Source of the DNA: Candidatus Wolfebacteria bacterium RIFOXYB1_FULL_54_12 | Lineage (GTDB): Bacteria > Patescibacteriota > Minisyncoccia > UBA6257 > UBA9933 | Direction of reading: 5' to 3' | Assembly (NCBI GenBank): GCA_001793895.1 | Contig: MGIT01000001.1 | Coordinates: 106,508 to 170,507, forward strand | Length of the DNA: 64,000 nucleotides | Shown here: positions 44,016 through 52,748 of the stretch, in pieces | Layout: each line of letters opens with the position of its first letter | Numbering within the stretch: position 1 is the first letter of the stretch | Program-made: the position numbers and the translations under genes | The notes under the pieces: generated by a model | Told to the model about the DNA's origin: nothing | Databases searched by the model: none | The model's input: only the letters and a program-made list of their open reading frames with translations

Positions 44016-45317
44016 ATGCGTACGACAATCCGTCTTCACTGCGCAATAACGCCCACCCCCATCATGCAAACCATCCGAACAACGACCGGCATCCTTATCG
44101 CAGCCCCGCTTCTTTTTTGGGGTGGATGGAACATCGGCAAAGCGGTCTATCCGGAACCCGCACAACAACTGGCGGCACAGTCGCAAGTGGCGACACTTTC
44201 ACGCCGGCTGATCGCCATGTCGCAAGAAGAAACACAAAAGAACATTTGCGCAGAAACGCTGCAATTGGCAGACGAAGCCGACCGGCATTACTGTTTTGAA
44301 GCCCCAAAATTGACCGAACAAAAAGGAGCGCAGATCGATCTTACGACGCAAAAGATTATTTTGTTTGAAAACGGAAAGATCGTCGACATACTGCCCGTCG
44401 CCTATCAATCGCCGGAAAACGTATGGTTTCAAACGCCGACGGGTTACTTCCGCGTGGGGTTTATGAACGAAAAGCACCGGTCTTCATTGTTTCCGGTCAA
44501 TATGCCCTATGCGATCCAGATAACCGAAGACTTTTTCATGCATGAGATCCCATTTTATGACGATGGCACAAAAGTGACATCGAAGTTCAGCGGCGGATGC
44601 CTGCGCTTCGAAACGGATATCGCAAAACGCTTGTTCGCTTTTTTGGATCGCGGCGACCAGCTTGTCATTTATAAGACCTTCGGAGACCGAACGATCAAAC
44701 CGACCTTACATGCGCCTGTAGCCATGGATCAATTCTGGATTCGTCAGCGGTTCTATAGCCCATTGCGATCCTTGTGGAATTACTCGGGTAACCTCGACAA
44801 ACTCATGCTCGATTACGATGAACACGCGGGCGTAGACCTTGCTCCGAACCGCGATGCGACGAACCTTAGCGCATATGCGATAACTGACGGAACGGTCATG
44901 CGAGTACAACCGAACGATGGAACGGATCATGGCATGGGAGCAACGGTCATCGTCGAACACACTATTGACGGGAAAACGCTTTACGGCGTCTATGCGCATC
45001 TTGCCTCGATAGCCGCATCGATCACGGAAGGCTGCACGGTACACGCCGGCGACACACTCGGAACGGTCGGTAACAGCGCCTATGACTGCCAAAACAACTG
45101 GAAAGTCGGTACCGATGGATGCGACAGCACCAACCCTGATGACATTCATTTGCATTTTGAATTGAAGACGAAGCCGGTATTGGAAAATCCCGAAGGCGAC
45201 GAAGCATGCAAACTGAAGACGACAGGCGAACCGCACGCGTGTTATGGCTACACGCCGGGCGATCCGCGCGATTACGGCTACCTCGATCCGATCAAGGAGC
45301 TATTCGATAAACAATGA
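44016..45317 (+). CDS. Fusion of an L,D-transpeptidase (YkuD) domain and an M23 (LytM) metallopeptidase domain
   Basis: YkuD: FMHEIPFYDDG...SGGCLRF. M23: HAGVDLAP, YAHL and HLHFEL. An alternative start lies at 44064. Confidence 0.8.
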   Translation: MRTTIRLHCAITPTPIMQTIRTTTGILIAAPLLFWGGWNIGKAVYPEPAQQLAAQSQVATLSRRLIAMSQEETQKNICAETLQLADEADRHYCFEAPKLTEQKGAQIDLTTQKIILFENGKIVDILPVAYQSPENVWFQTPTGYFRVGFMNEKHRSSLFPVNMPYAIQITEDFFMHEIPFYDDGTKVTSKFSGGCLRFETDIAKRLFAFLDRGDQLVIYKTFGDRTIKPTLHAPVAMDQFWIRQRFYSPLRSLWNYSGNLDKLMLDYDEHAGVDLAPNRDATNLSAYAITDGTVMRVQPNDGTDHGMGATVIVEHTIDGKTLYGVYAHLASIAASITEGCTVHAGDTLGTVGNSAYDCQNNWKVGTDGCDSTNPDDIHLHFELKTKPVLENPEGDEACKLKTTGEPHACYGYTPGDPRDYGYLDPIKELFDKQ

Positions 45318-45326
45318 GTTTCAATT

Positions 45327-45496
45327 TGTCATTCCGAGCCTGCTGTCATCCTGAACTCGTTTCAGGATCTCGCGTACAAACAGTGAGCTTCTGAAATAAA
45401 TTCAGAATGACACTTTAAAAAATATTGTCATTCCCGTCCGCCCACCAGCAGAGGAATCCAGTACCCCGCATTGTCATTCCCGCGAAAGCGGGAATC
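45327..45496. repeat. Cluster of about five GTCAT-hairpin units
   Basis: tgtcattccgagcc; tgtcatcctgaactcgtttcaggatc; ttctgaaataaattcagaatgaca; tgtcattcccgtccgcccaccagcagaggaatcc; tgtcattcccgcgaaagcgggaatc. Confidence 0.9.
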
Positions 45497-45513
45497 TAGT
45501 ACACTAAAAAAGG

Positions 45514-46236
45514 ATGTACCAAATAAACACCGCACAATTCACCGGCCCCATAGAAACACTGCTCGAAATGATCGAGGCGCGCAAATTGGAGATCACACAA
45601 GTGAGTCTTGCTTTGGTGACCGATGATTTTCTTAAATTCGTACAGGAAATGAATCTGTCGGGCAAGGAGCGCAACGAAGCGGAAATTCGGTTTCTTTCGG
45701 ACTTTGTCGCAATCGCATCGCGCCTATTATTGATCAAATCAAAAGCACTTCTTCCCTCGCTTGAATTATCGACTGAAGATCAGGAAGATATCAAAGATCT
45801 CGAACATCGCTTGAAGTTCTACCAACAATTCAAACCTGCCATGGTACATGTAAAAACGCTCTATGAACAAGAATCGGTGGCGGTCGCGCGTCCGCTTTTG
45901 CTCGGCCGGCCGACCATTTTCTACCCATCACCCGAAATAACACCGTCAACAATGCACGCGGCGATGGCAACCCTATTCGAAACCCTTAAAGCCGCGGCAC
46001 TTGAGTTCAAAAAGGTTGAGAACACGGTAGTAAGGCTCGAAGAAAAGATCGAGGAAATACTCATGAAGGTTACTGCGGGCATAAAAAGCTTCGGCAACCT
46101 GATCAATGAAAAATCAAAGAAGGAGGTCGTGGTCCTCTTTCTTGCGCTGCTTCACCTGCTACGCGACCAACATATTCACGTGGAACAACCCGACCGCTTC
46201 GGCGACATCGCCATCAAAAAATCCCCCCACGAATGA
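45514..46236 (+). CDS. scpA: Segregation and condensation protein A
   Basis: The N-terminus contains FTGPIETLLEMIEARKLEITQVSLALVTDDFLKFV. Confidence 0.88.
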   Translation: MYQINTAQFTGPIETLLEMIEARKLEITQVSLALVTDDFLKFVQEMNLSGKERNEAEIRFLSDFVAIASRLLLIKSKALLPSLELSTEDQEDIKDLEHRLKFYQQFKPAMVHVKTLYEQESVAVARPLLLGRPTIFYPSPEITPSTMHAAMATLFETLKAAALEFKKVENTVVRLEEKIEEILMKVTAGIKSFGNLINEKSKKEVVVLFLALLHLLRDQHIHVEQPDRFGDIAIKKSPHE

Positions 46237-46243
46237 TGCGGAT

Positions 46244-46291
46244 AAAAAACGCTTAATAATATTGCTATAGCAATATTATTAAGCGTTTTTT
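46244..46291 (+). terminator. Long perfect hairpin after scpA
   Basis: aaaaaacgcttaataatattgc-tata-gcaatattattaagcgtttttt. Confidence 0.8.
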
Positions 46292-46339
46292 ATTTCAGAA
46301 TTTCTCTGACTCTTGTCGCAGTCATCCATGTCACCGCCC

Positions 46340-46393
46340 TTATACCCTTTGGTGATAGAATATATCCACGATCAGGCGGTTATCGGGTTTCAT
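46340..46393. repeat. Displaced 54-bp copy of the SDR gene 3' end (direct repeat of 47039-47092)
   Basis: The copies match at 51/54 nt. The displaced copy still reads MKPDNRLIVDIFYHQRV-stop on the minus strand, against ...MKPDNRLIVDTFYHQRV-stop in the SDR gene. Confidence 0.9.
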
Positions 46394-46394
46394 A

Positions 46395-47021
46395 TTACAT
46401 CGGTATTAGTTTAGCGCCCTCACTTTGTATCTTCTTATATATTCTTTCTATTCCATCAATATGTCTCACCCCTCTTTCATTATTACCCGCTTGCGCTTCA
46501 TGAATATTTTTTATCCAATCTTTTAACATTAGGATGCCTCCTTGCTTAATCAACTCATAAAGATCCTTTGGTTTCACCATAATTACAAGAGACTCTCCTA
46601 ATTTATTAATTCCACTCTCATACTCATCAACTTCTTTATCAGAAAATTTATTCGACGCCAGCGCCATATAAATACCATCACTTTCATTAGATAACCCGAA
46701 GAAATGGACTAAGGAATTTCTAAGATGCCAAAGACGTTCACTGCTTAATTTATGCCACCGTGTATTTTTAACATATTCCACATTTTGGCCTATTAAACAA
46801 AATGTACGGAGCCAAGAAGTAAACCGCTTGCTTTGTGTTTCGCATTTTCCATCATATTCATACCAGTAACTTGCAAGAATATCTAACAAGCTAAAAACAA
46901 TTATCGCTTGAATTCTAGGAGAAGAAGGATAATCACATAAAAAAATACTGTTGATATCTCTTATCACATCGTTAATGAAATCAACCACCTCCTTCTTCCG
47001 CTCATTATGCTTTTCAATCAT
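46395..47021 (-). CDS. Hypothetical protein with an Rx4H motif (HEPN-like, tentative) on an AT-rich cassette
   Basis: The motif WHLRNSLVHFFGL (R-N-S-L-V-H) lies in a helical protein. The gene is visibly AT-rich. The ORF nearly fills the 645-bp insert. The ATG at 47021 is preferred over the TTG at 47030. Confidence 0.6.
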   Translation of the reverse strand: MIEKHNERKKEVVDFINDVIRDINSIFLCDYPSSPRIQAIIVFSLLDILASYWYEYDGKCETQSKRFTSWLRTFCLIGQNVEYVKNTRWHKLSSERLWHLRNSLVHFFGLSNESDGIYMALASNKFSDKEVDEYESGINKLGESLVIMVKPKDLYELIKQGGILMLKDWIKNIHEAQAGNNERGVRHIDGIERIYKKIQSEGAKLIPM

Positions 47022-47038
47022 TTGAACCAAATATAATA

Positions 47039-47770
47039 TTATACCCTTTGATGATAGAATGTATCCACGATTAGGCGGTTATCGGGTTTCATTTCTCCGA
47101 TGACCGTCTTGTAAATGACCTCCGCGACATCTGCGGGCGTATGGTGCGCCTCTGTGCCTTTGAACAGTTCTTTGAACATGTTCGTCCCTACTGACCCGGG
47201 GGTAATGGTGATCACATCGATCCCCGACTGCACCAGCTCGGCCGACAACGCCTGCGTAAACGCGATCACGCCGGCCTTGGTCGCCGAATAGACGGCAAGC
47301 TCGGGAATGCCACAGAGTCCCGCTCCCGATGAAATATTAATGATGCATTTTCGTTTCACGGTACAACCGTCATGATCGGTTTCCGCAACGCCGGTATCCA
47401 TGCTCTTCAAAGCCTCCTGCGTAACAATAAACATGCCGCCCAGGTTCACATTGACCATGCTTTGCCACTCGGCTTCCGTCGTATCCGCAAATCGCTTGCG
47501 CTGGGCAACGCCCGCATTGTTGATAAGCACATCGATGCCGCCAAAACGCTTCTTCGCTTCCGCAATGGCAAGGGCGACCTGCGCCCGATCGCACACATCC
47601 CCTTCTATGACCAATGTGCGATCAATAGGAAGCGTCATCGCTTCCGAGCTTGTCGCACCATGGGAATAAATGACAACATTCGCACCTTCGGCAATGAACT
47701 TTTTCGCGGTTTCCAATCCGATGCCCGTCGCCCCACCGGTAATGAATACTGTCTTTCCTTTGATATCCAT
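47039..47770 (-). CDS. Short-chain dehydrogenase/reductase (SDR)
   Basis: It contains ITGGATGIGLE (TGxxxGxG), NNAG and YSATKAG (YxxxK). The ATG at 47770 is preferred; the longer ORF reads into a repeat. Confidence 0.88.
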   Translation of the reverse strand: MDIKGKTVFITGGATGIGLETAKKFIAEGANVVIYSHGATSSEAMTLPIDRTLVIEGDVCDRAQVALAIAEAKKRFGGIDVLINNAGVAQRKRFADTTEAEWQSMVNVNLGGMFIVTQEALKSMDTGVAETDHDGCTVKRKCIINISSGAGLCGIPELAVYSATKAGVIAFTQALSAELVQSGIDVITITPGSVGTNMFKELFKGTEAHHTPADVAEVIYKTVIGEMKPDNRLIVDTFYHQRV

Positions 47771-47796
47771 AATGGTATTAGTATAGCATAACTTTT

Positions 47797-47904
47797 TGTC
47801 ATTCCGGCGGAGGCCGGAATGACAACATAAGAAGTTTGTCATCCTGAACTCGTTTCAGGATCTCATGGTAGTGCGATGAGATTCCGGCCTCCGCCGGAAT
47901 GACA
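47797..47904. repeat. Three GTCAT-hairpin units
   Basis: tgtcattccggcggaggccggaatgaca; tgtcatcctgaactcgtttcaggatc; gagattccggcctccgccggaatgaca. Confidence 0.95.
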
Positions 47905-48016
47905 AATGCGCGGTTCTATTAATAGAACCGCGCATTCACCACCCTCCCACAAAAACAAAGAATCCGCTCGTCCATCAAATGGCGGACGAACAGATCCGGT
48001 AGAATTTCGCATCCCT

Positions 48017-48045
48017 GTTATTAGTTATAGGTTGCTGGTTGTTAG
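48017..48045. repeat. GGTTAT-type repeat
   Basis: gttattagttataggttgctggttgttag. Confidence 0.7.
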
Positions 48046-48048
48046 CCT

Positions 48049-48091
48049 GAAGTCAAATAAAAAACGCCTATGGCGTTTTTTATTTGACTTC
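48049..48091 (-). terminator. 20-bp perfect hairpin overlapping the rplK stop
   Basis: gaagtcaaataaaaaacgcc-tat-ggcgttttttatttgacttc. Confidence 0.8.
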
Positions 48092-48502
48092 GATTCCCAT
48101 CGATCGGGCTGCGCCCTTGATGATCTTTGCGGCCTGCTCGACGTCTTCAGTGTTAAGATCCACCATTTTCTTTTCGGCGATCTCACGCACCTGCGCCTCG
48201 GTAACGGTTCCCACCTTGATCTTCAGCGGATTCGCCGATCCCTTGGCGACGCCTGCCGCTTTGCGCAACAGATCGGATGCCGGGGAGGTCTTCAGCTTGA
48301 AGTCGAAGGTTCGATCTTCATAGATGTTGATCTCTGCGGGAATGATGCTTCCGACCATATCTTTGGTCGCTTCGTTGAACTGCTGGCAGAACTGCGCGAT
48401 ATTCACGCCGTGCTGACCCAATGCCGGACCAATCGGAGGAGCAGGGTTTGCCGCGCCACCCGGGATCTGAAGCTTAATGATAGTTTTGATTGCTTTTGCC
48501 AT
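48080..48502 (-). CDS. rplK: 50S ribosomal protein L11
   Basis: The N-terminus is [35 protein letters not shown]. Confidence 0.95.
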   Translation of the reverse strand: MAKAIKTIIKLQIPGGAANPAPPIGPALGQHGVNIAQFCQQFNEATKDMVGSIIPAEINIYEDRTFDFKLKTSPASDLLRKAAGVAKGSANPLKIKVGTVTEAQVREIAEKKMVDLNTEDVEQAAKIIKGAARSMGIEVK

Positions 48503-48609
48503 ACTGTATATGAATTATGAATACTAAATAATGGATTATGGTAAGGAATATGTCAAGAATCTCATCTGCATTCATTCATTATTCATGATTCATGCTTCTT
48601 GATTCACGC

Positions 48610-49206
48610 TTATATTTTTTGCAACTGCAACGAGTCCAACTCGACCGCAGTCTCTCGCCCGAAGATCGGCACAAGTACCTTGATCTTTGCGTGCTCCTGA
48701 TCGATATCGGATATCTTTCCTTCGTAGTCTTTGAACGGTCCGTCGGTGATCTTTACGATATCGCCAACGACATAATCCAAGGTAATTTTCTTCTCGCCAC
48801 CTTCCATGCGGGCGAGCAGAAAATCAACCTCTTCCTTCGACAACGGCGTCGGCTCGGTAGAATCCGATCCGACAAAACCGGTAACGCGCGGCGTATTGCG
48901 CACGACATACCATGAGTCTTCGCCCATGATCATGTCAACAAGCACATACCCGGGATAGATCTTTTCCTCGACTTCCTTGCGCTTTCCGTTCTTGATCTTG
49001 ATGCTCTTTTCCTTGGGAACGACGACGTTAAAGATCTTGTCATCCATTTCCAAAGAATCGACGCGCTGTTTCAAATAGCGCGCGACGGCATCTTCGTAGC
49101 CGGAATAGGTGTGCACGGCATACCAATGCCGCTCCCCTTTTTGGGAAAGTTCCTTTTTCTTCTCGGCCTTCTTTTCCGAAGTCGGTTGTGATGTTGTTTC
49201 AGTCAT
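48610..49206 (-). CDS. nusG: Transcription termination/antitermination factor NusG
   Basis: The NGN domain has HWYAVHTYSGYE. The KOW domain has GDIVKITDGPFKDYEGKISDI. Confidence 0.93.
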   Translation of the reverse strand: MTETTSQPTSEKKAEKKKELSQKGERHWYAVHTYSGYEDAVARYLKQRVDSLEMDDKIFNVVVPKEKSIKIKNGKRKEVEEKIYPGYVLVDMIMGEDSWYVVRNTPRVTGFVGSDSTEPTPLSKEEVDFLLARMEGGEKKITLDYVVGDIVKITDGPFKDYEGKISDIDQEHAKIKVLVPIFGRETAVELDSLQLQKI

Positions 49207-49243
49207 GAATAATGTGCATTAATGCGCCACGCGCAATTCTTTG

Positions 49244-49429
49244 TTATATGAAGTACTGGACAAGCGCATAATTAAATACCATGTCCAATACACCCAAAAA
49301 GACGGCGAATATGAGCGAAAGTCCAATAACCATGCCGGTTAATCGAATGGTCTCCTGCCGGGTTGGCCAATTGACCCGCTTGAATTCGAGCTGCGACTCC
49401 TGAAAATACGAGGTAAGACGTGAAAACAT
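49244..49429 (-). CDS. secE: Preprotein translocase subunit SecE
   Basis: It has EFKRVNWPTRQE plus a single TM helix. It lies in the conserved secE-nusG-rplK order. Confidence 0.85.
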   Translation of the reverse strand: MFSRLTSYFQESQLEFKRVNWPTRQETIRLTGMVIGLSLIFAVFLGVLDMVFNYALVQYFI

Positions 49430-49490
49430 AAGAATATAATAAGTTAGACAGTAATTACCATACACTAAACCTTGAGAAAATGCAAGCCAT

Positions 49491-51494
49491 TTAAGTTATA
49501 TCCAAGTTGCGCACCAATGTTGCATTTGACTGGATGAACTGCTTGCGTGGCGCGACTTCGTCGCCCATCAATATCTCAAACAATCGATCGGCTTCCTGAG
49601 CGTCATCGATCTCAACCTGAAGCAACGTACGGAACTCCGGATTCATAGTCGTTTCCCAAAGCTGGTCGGGGTTCATTTCACCAAGACCCTTATAGCGCTG
49701 CACATTTACGTTCGACTCGCTCTTTTTACCGGCGGTCATTTCCGAAACGGCCTTGTCTTTTTGCTCGGGCGTGTACACATAGCGCACATCCTTACCAAGC
49801 TGGAGGCGGAACAATGGCGGCTGTGCAATGTACAAGAAACCTCCATCGATCACCGGGCGGAAGAAACGATAGAACAAGGTCAATAACAATGTTCGAATGT
49901 GCGCTCCATCAGTATCGGCGTCGGTCATGATGACAACTTTATGGTACCGCAACTTCTCGATATCAAAGCTATCGGAAATGGCAGTGCCGAGCGCAATGAC
50001 CAATGACTTGATTTCGTTATTGACAAGCATCTTGTCGAGCCGCGCGCGCTCGACGTTCAAGATCTTTCCCTTAAGCGGAAGAATGGCCTGGAACCGGCGA
50101 TCACGACCCTGCTTGGCCGAGCCTCCGGCAGAATCGCCTTCGACTATGTACAGCTCGGAATCAGCAGCTTTGCGACTGGAACAATCGGCAAGCTTCCCCG
50201 GCAGAGTCATACCCTCGAGCATGCCTTTGCGCAACACGGTATCCTTTGCGGCTTTTGCGGCCTTACGGGCCTTTTGGGCCAAGATACATTTTTCGATGAT
50301 CGCTTTGCCATCACCCGAATATTTTTCAAAGTATTCCTTTAGCGCTTCAGAGAGCACGGACTCCACTGCTCCGCGCGCTGCCGGCGTTCCTAAGCGGGCC
50401 TTGGTCTGCCCCTCGAATTGCGGATCGCGCAGCTTCACGGAGATGATCGCCGTAATACCCTCGCGCACATCATCGCCGGTCAAGTTATCTTCCGTTCCTT
50501 TTAATGCATTTATGTTGCGCGCGAATTCATTCAACGCGCGCGTCAGGGCCGTGCGAAAACCGGTCACATGCATACCGCCATCCGATGTATAGATATTGTT
50601 TGCAAAACTCAACTCACGAGCATCAGGGTCGTCGTTATAAATAAATGCCGCCTCAACATCAATACTCTCGTAACTTTTATGCGCATAGAAAGTCTCCTTG
50701 TGCACTGGGGTATGATTGCGATTTACATAACGGACGAACGAAATAAGTCCCCCTTCAAAATAGAAGGAGTAATAGAATGGAAGATCCTCTCGATCATCAA
50801 CGATCTCGATGCGGATCCCTTTGGTCAAAAACGCCTGTTGGCGCAAATGGCTTACGATTTCTTTGCGGTCGAATTCGAGCGTGGAGAAAATGGACCCGTC
50901 CGGCTTAAATAAGACCTTTGTTCCGTTGGCCGTGCACTTACCCGCTTTCTTTACATCGTATTGCGGTTTGCCGATCTTATATTCCTGCACATACATCGTG
51001 CCTTCTTTGCACACTTCGATCTTCATCCATGTCGAAAGTGCGTTTACGACCGAAAGGCCCACGCCGTGCAGACCGCCGGAAACCTTGTACGAATCGCCGT
51101 CAAACTTACCGCCGGCATGTAATGTAGTAGCCGCGGTTTCGAGTGCGGATTTTTTTGTCTTCGGGTGAATGTCTACGGGGATACCGCGCCCATCGTCGGC
51201 AACCGTAACCGTGCCGTCTTTCAACAGCTCTACCTTAATGCTCTTGGCATACCCAGCCATGGCTTCATCGAGCGAGTTGTCAAACACCTCCCAGATCAAA
51301 TGATGCAATCCCTGTTCGCCGGTCGAACCGATATACATACCGGGGCGCTTGCGCACCGGCTCCAATCCTTCGAGTACCTGAATATCCTTCGCGCTATACG
51401 AAGCATTCCCCCTGTTGTCGGTCGGTTCGTCCAACTTTTTGGCAGCCGCTTTCCGAGGCTTTTCTTCTTCTATGTTTTCTGCTTTTTTCGCCAT
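49491..51494 (-). CDS. gyrB: DNA gyrase subunit B
   Basis: It contains GLHHLIWEVFDNSLDE, GGLHGVG, the Toprim motif EGDSAGGSA and IMTDADTDGAHI. Confidence 0.95.
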   Translation of the reverse strand: MAKKAENIEEEKPRKAAAKKLDEPTDNRGNASYSAKDIQVLEGLEPVRKRPGMYIGSTGEQGLHHLIWEVFDNSLDEAMAGYAKSIKVELLKDGTVTVADDGRGIPVDIHPKTKKSALETAATTLHAGGKFDGDSYKVSGGLHGVGLSVVNALSTWMKIEVCKEGTMYVQEYKIGKPQYDVKKAGKCTANGTKVLFKPDGSIFSTLEFDRKEIVSHLRQQAFLTKGIRIEIVDDREDLPFYYSFYFEGGLISFVRYVNRNHTPVHKETFYAHKSYESIDVEAAFIYNDDPDARELSFANNIYTSDGGMHVTGFRTALTRALNEFARNINALKGTEDNLTGDDVREGITAIISVKLRDPQFEGQTKARLGTPAARGAVESVLSEALKEYFEKYSGDGKAIIEKCILAQKARKAAKAAKDTVLRKGMLEGMTLPGKLADCSSRKAADSELYIVEGDSAGGSAKQGRDRRFQAILPLKGKILNVERARLDKMLVNNEIKSLVIALGTAISDSFDIEKLRYHKVVIMTDADTDGAHIRTLLLTLFYRFFRPVIDGGFLYIAQPPLFRLQLGKDVRYVYTPEQKDKAVSEMTAGKKSESNVNVQRYKGLGEMNPDQLWETTMNPEFRTLLQVEIDDAQEADRLFEILMGDEVAPRKQFIQSNATLVRNLDIT

Positions 51495-51538
51495 GTCTTA
51501 GAAAATAAAAGGCCATTGTCTGGCGCTTATGTAAATTC

Positions 51539-51564
51539 TGTCATTCCCGCGGAGGCGGGAATCC
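51539..51564. repeat. Single GTCAT-hairpin unit
   Basis: tgtcattcccgcggaggcgggaatcc. Confidence 0.9.
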
Positions 51565-51653
51565 ATTACCATTATGATAGCAAAAACGAGCCAAAAAAGC
51601 CAGCGGCCAGAGGAGTAAAGCCCCTTCAAAACAACCGGGACGCTACAACAAAA

Positions 51654-51695
51654 AAAGCCCGATGGCACACCCTATAAAGGTGCCCACCGGGCTTT
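51654..51695 (-). terminator. Terminator after the 202-aa orphan
   Basis: The outer stem is aaagcccg/cgggcttt, with a T-run on the minus strand. Confidence 0.65.
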
Positions 51696-51714
51696 GCCCT
51701 AAAAAGAAAGGGGG

Positions 51715-52323
51715 CTATTCCAATGCCAACGGGATGCAGGAAGGGACGTCTATTTCACAACCCTCCCGATCCAAACAGATCGTGGTCCAATTGACCTCCG
51801 GCGAATATGATTTTCCAATGATCAAGCAACCCGTCGCCAGCACATTGCCCTCAGTCAGCTCATTCGGAAACTTGGACCGTTTATTACTTCGCAGGGCAAT
51901 CGGAAGTCGAGGAGCCAACTCCACCCAGCCGGTTTTATCAAGACGGATAAGAACCGAGCTATTAAACCCCCTGCGCGGAGCTTCAACGACGATCTCACCA
52001 CTACCTGTTAAAATATCTCCCGGCATAAGCGCCCGCGGCTGGGAAATTGTCGGCGTGCGCAACATGCTTGAACCGTTGCTCTTTTGCCTCTCGTAATATT
52101 CGCGAAGATCGTATGAACGCTCGTGGATCTCGTCGGGCCAACCGGGAGTTTCCAGCTCGGCCAGTCTTCCCGCTCTCATAAGGATCATTGTATTGCTTTT
52201 GCTATCAGCAAAAACGATCCCGACATGATCGCAGGCCTTGTTAGTCCGGATGACGCAATGCTTTCCTTTGTGCTCGCCCGAAATAATACGAAATACCTTA
52301 CTGTCCGGCCTAATGATAGACAT
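51715..52323 (-). CDS. Hypothetical protein (202 aa)
   Basis: The ATG at 52323 is preceded by gaggagg. No family was recognised. Confidence 0.55.
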   Translation of the reverse strand: MSIIRPDSKVFRIISGEHKGKHCVIRTNKACDHVGIVFADSKSNTMILMRAGRLAELETPGWPDEIHERSYDLREYYERQKSNGSSMLRTPTISQPRALMPGDILTGSGEIVVEAPRRGFNSSVLIRLDKTGWVELAPRLPIALRSNKRSKFPNELTEGNVLATGCLIIGKSYSPEVNWTTICLDREGCEIDVPSCIPLALE

Positions 52324-52426
52324 GCCCACACCCTCCTCTTTCTATGGATATATATGTAAAATAAGAGCTAACTCAAACTAACACCTGCGTTGCGCACTGT
52401 CAAACGATATTTAAAAAAATATTTTG

Positions 52427-52497
52427 AGCGGGTAAAGGGAATCGAACCCTCGCTTCAACCTTGGGAAGGTTGCGCACTACCACTATGCAATACCCGC
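52427..52497 (-). tRNA. tRNA-Gly (CCC)
   Basis: Reverse complement: GCGGGTATTGCATAGTGGTAGTGCGCAACCTTCCCAAGGTTGAAGCGAGGGTTCGATTCCCTTTACCCGCT. The anticodon arm is CAACC-TTCCCAA-GGTTG. Confidence 0.88.
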
Positions 52498-52748
52498 AAA
52501 AACGATACAGGCATTATAAAGAACAACCGGACAAAAGTGAAGTCATGGAAATAAAAAAACGACCTCTATGGTCGACGCGAATAAAGAAAACAAACCCGGT
52601 TGATGGCGATCGAACGAACCCAGTATTCCACGCAAGAAGAATGTAAGAATTCCCATATGAAATTGTCTGCCCATGCGCACAATAAAATACTGTATTTAGT
52701 ATAGGGCAACCAAATAAGATATACAACACCCGCACACCTTTTCTGTAA

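Noticed and set aside
48503-48609. AT-rich inverted repeats in the rplK-nusG spacer as an L11/L1 regulatory leader
   Set aside because: The inverted repeats are imperfect and low-complexity (attatgaat/attcatgat). No recognisable L1-binding mimic could be supported by eye.
52575-52740. A tRNA fragment or sRNA upstream of the repeat tract (tgggttcgttcgatcgcc looks T-arm-like)
   Set aside because: The putative T-arm is not self-complementary and no acceptor stem exists. Only a short hairpin plus a T-run supports transcription, which is insufficient.
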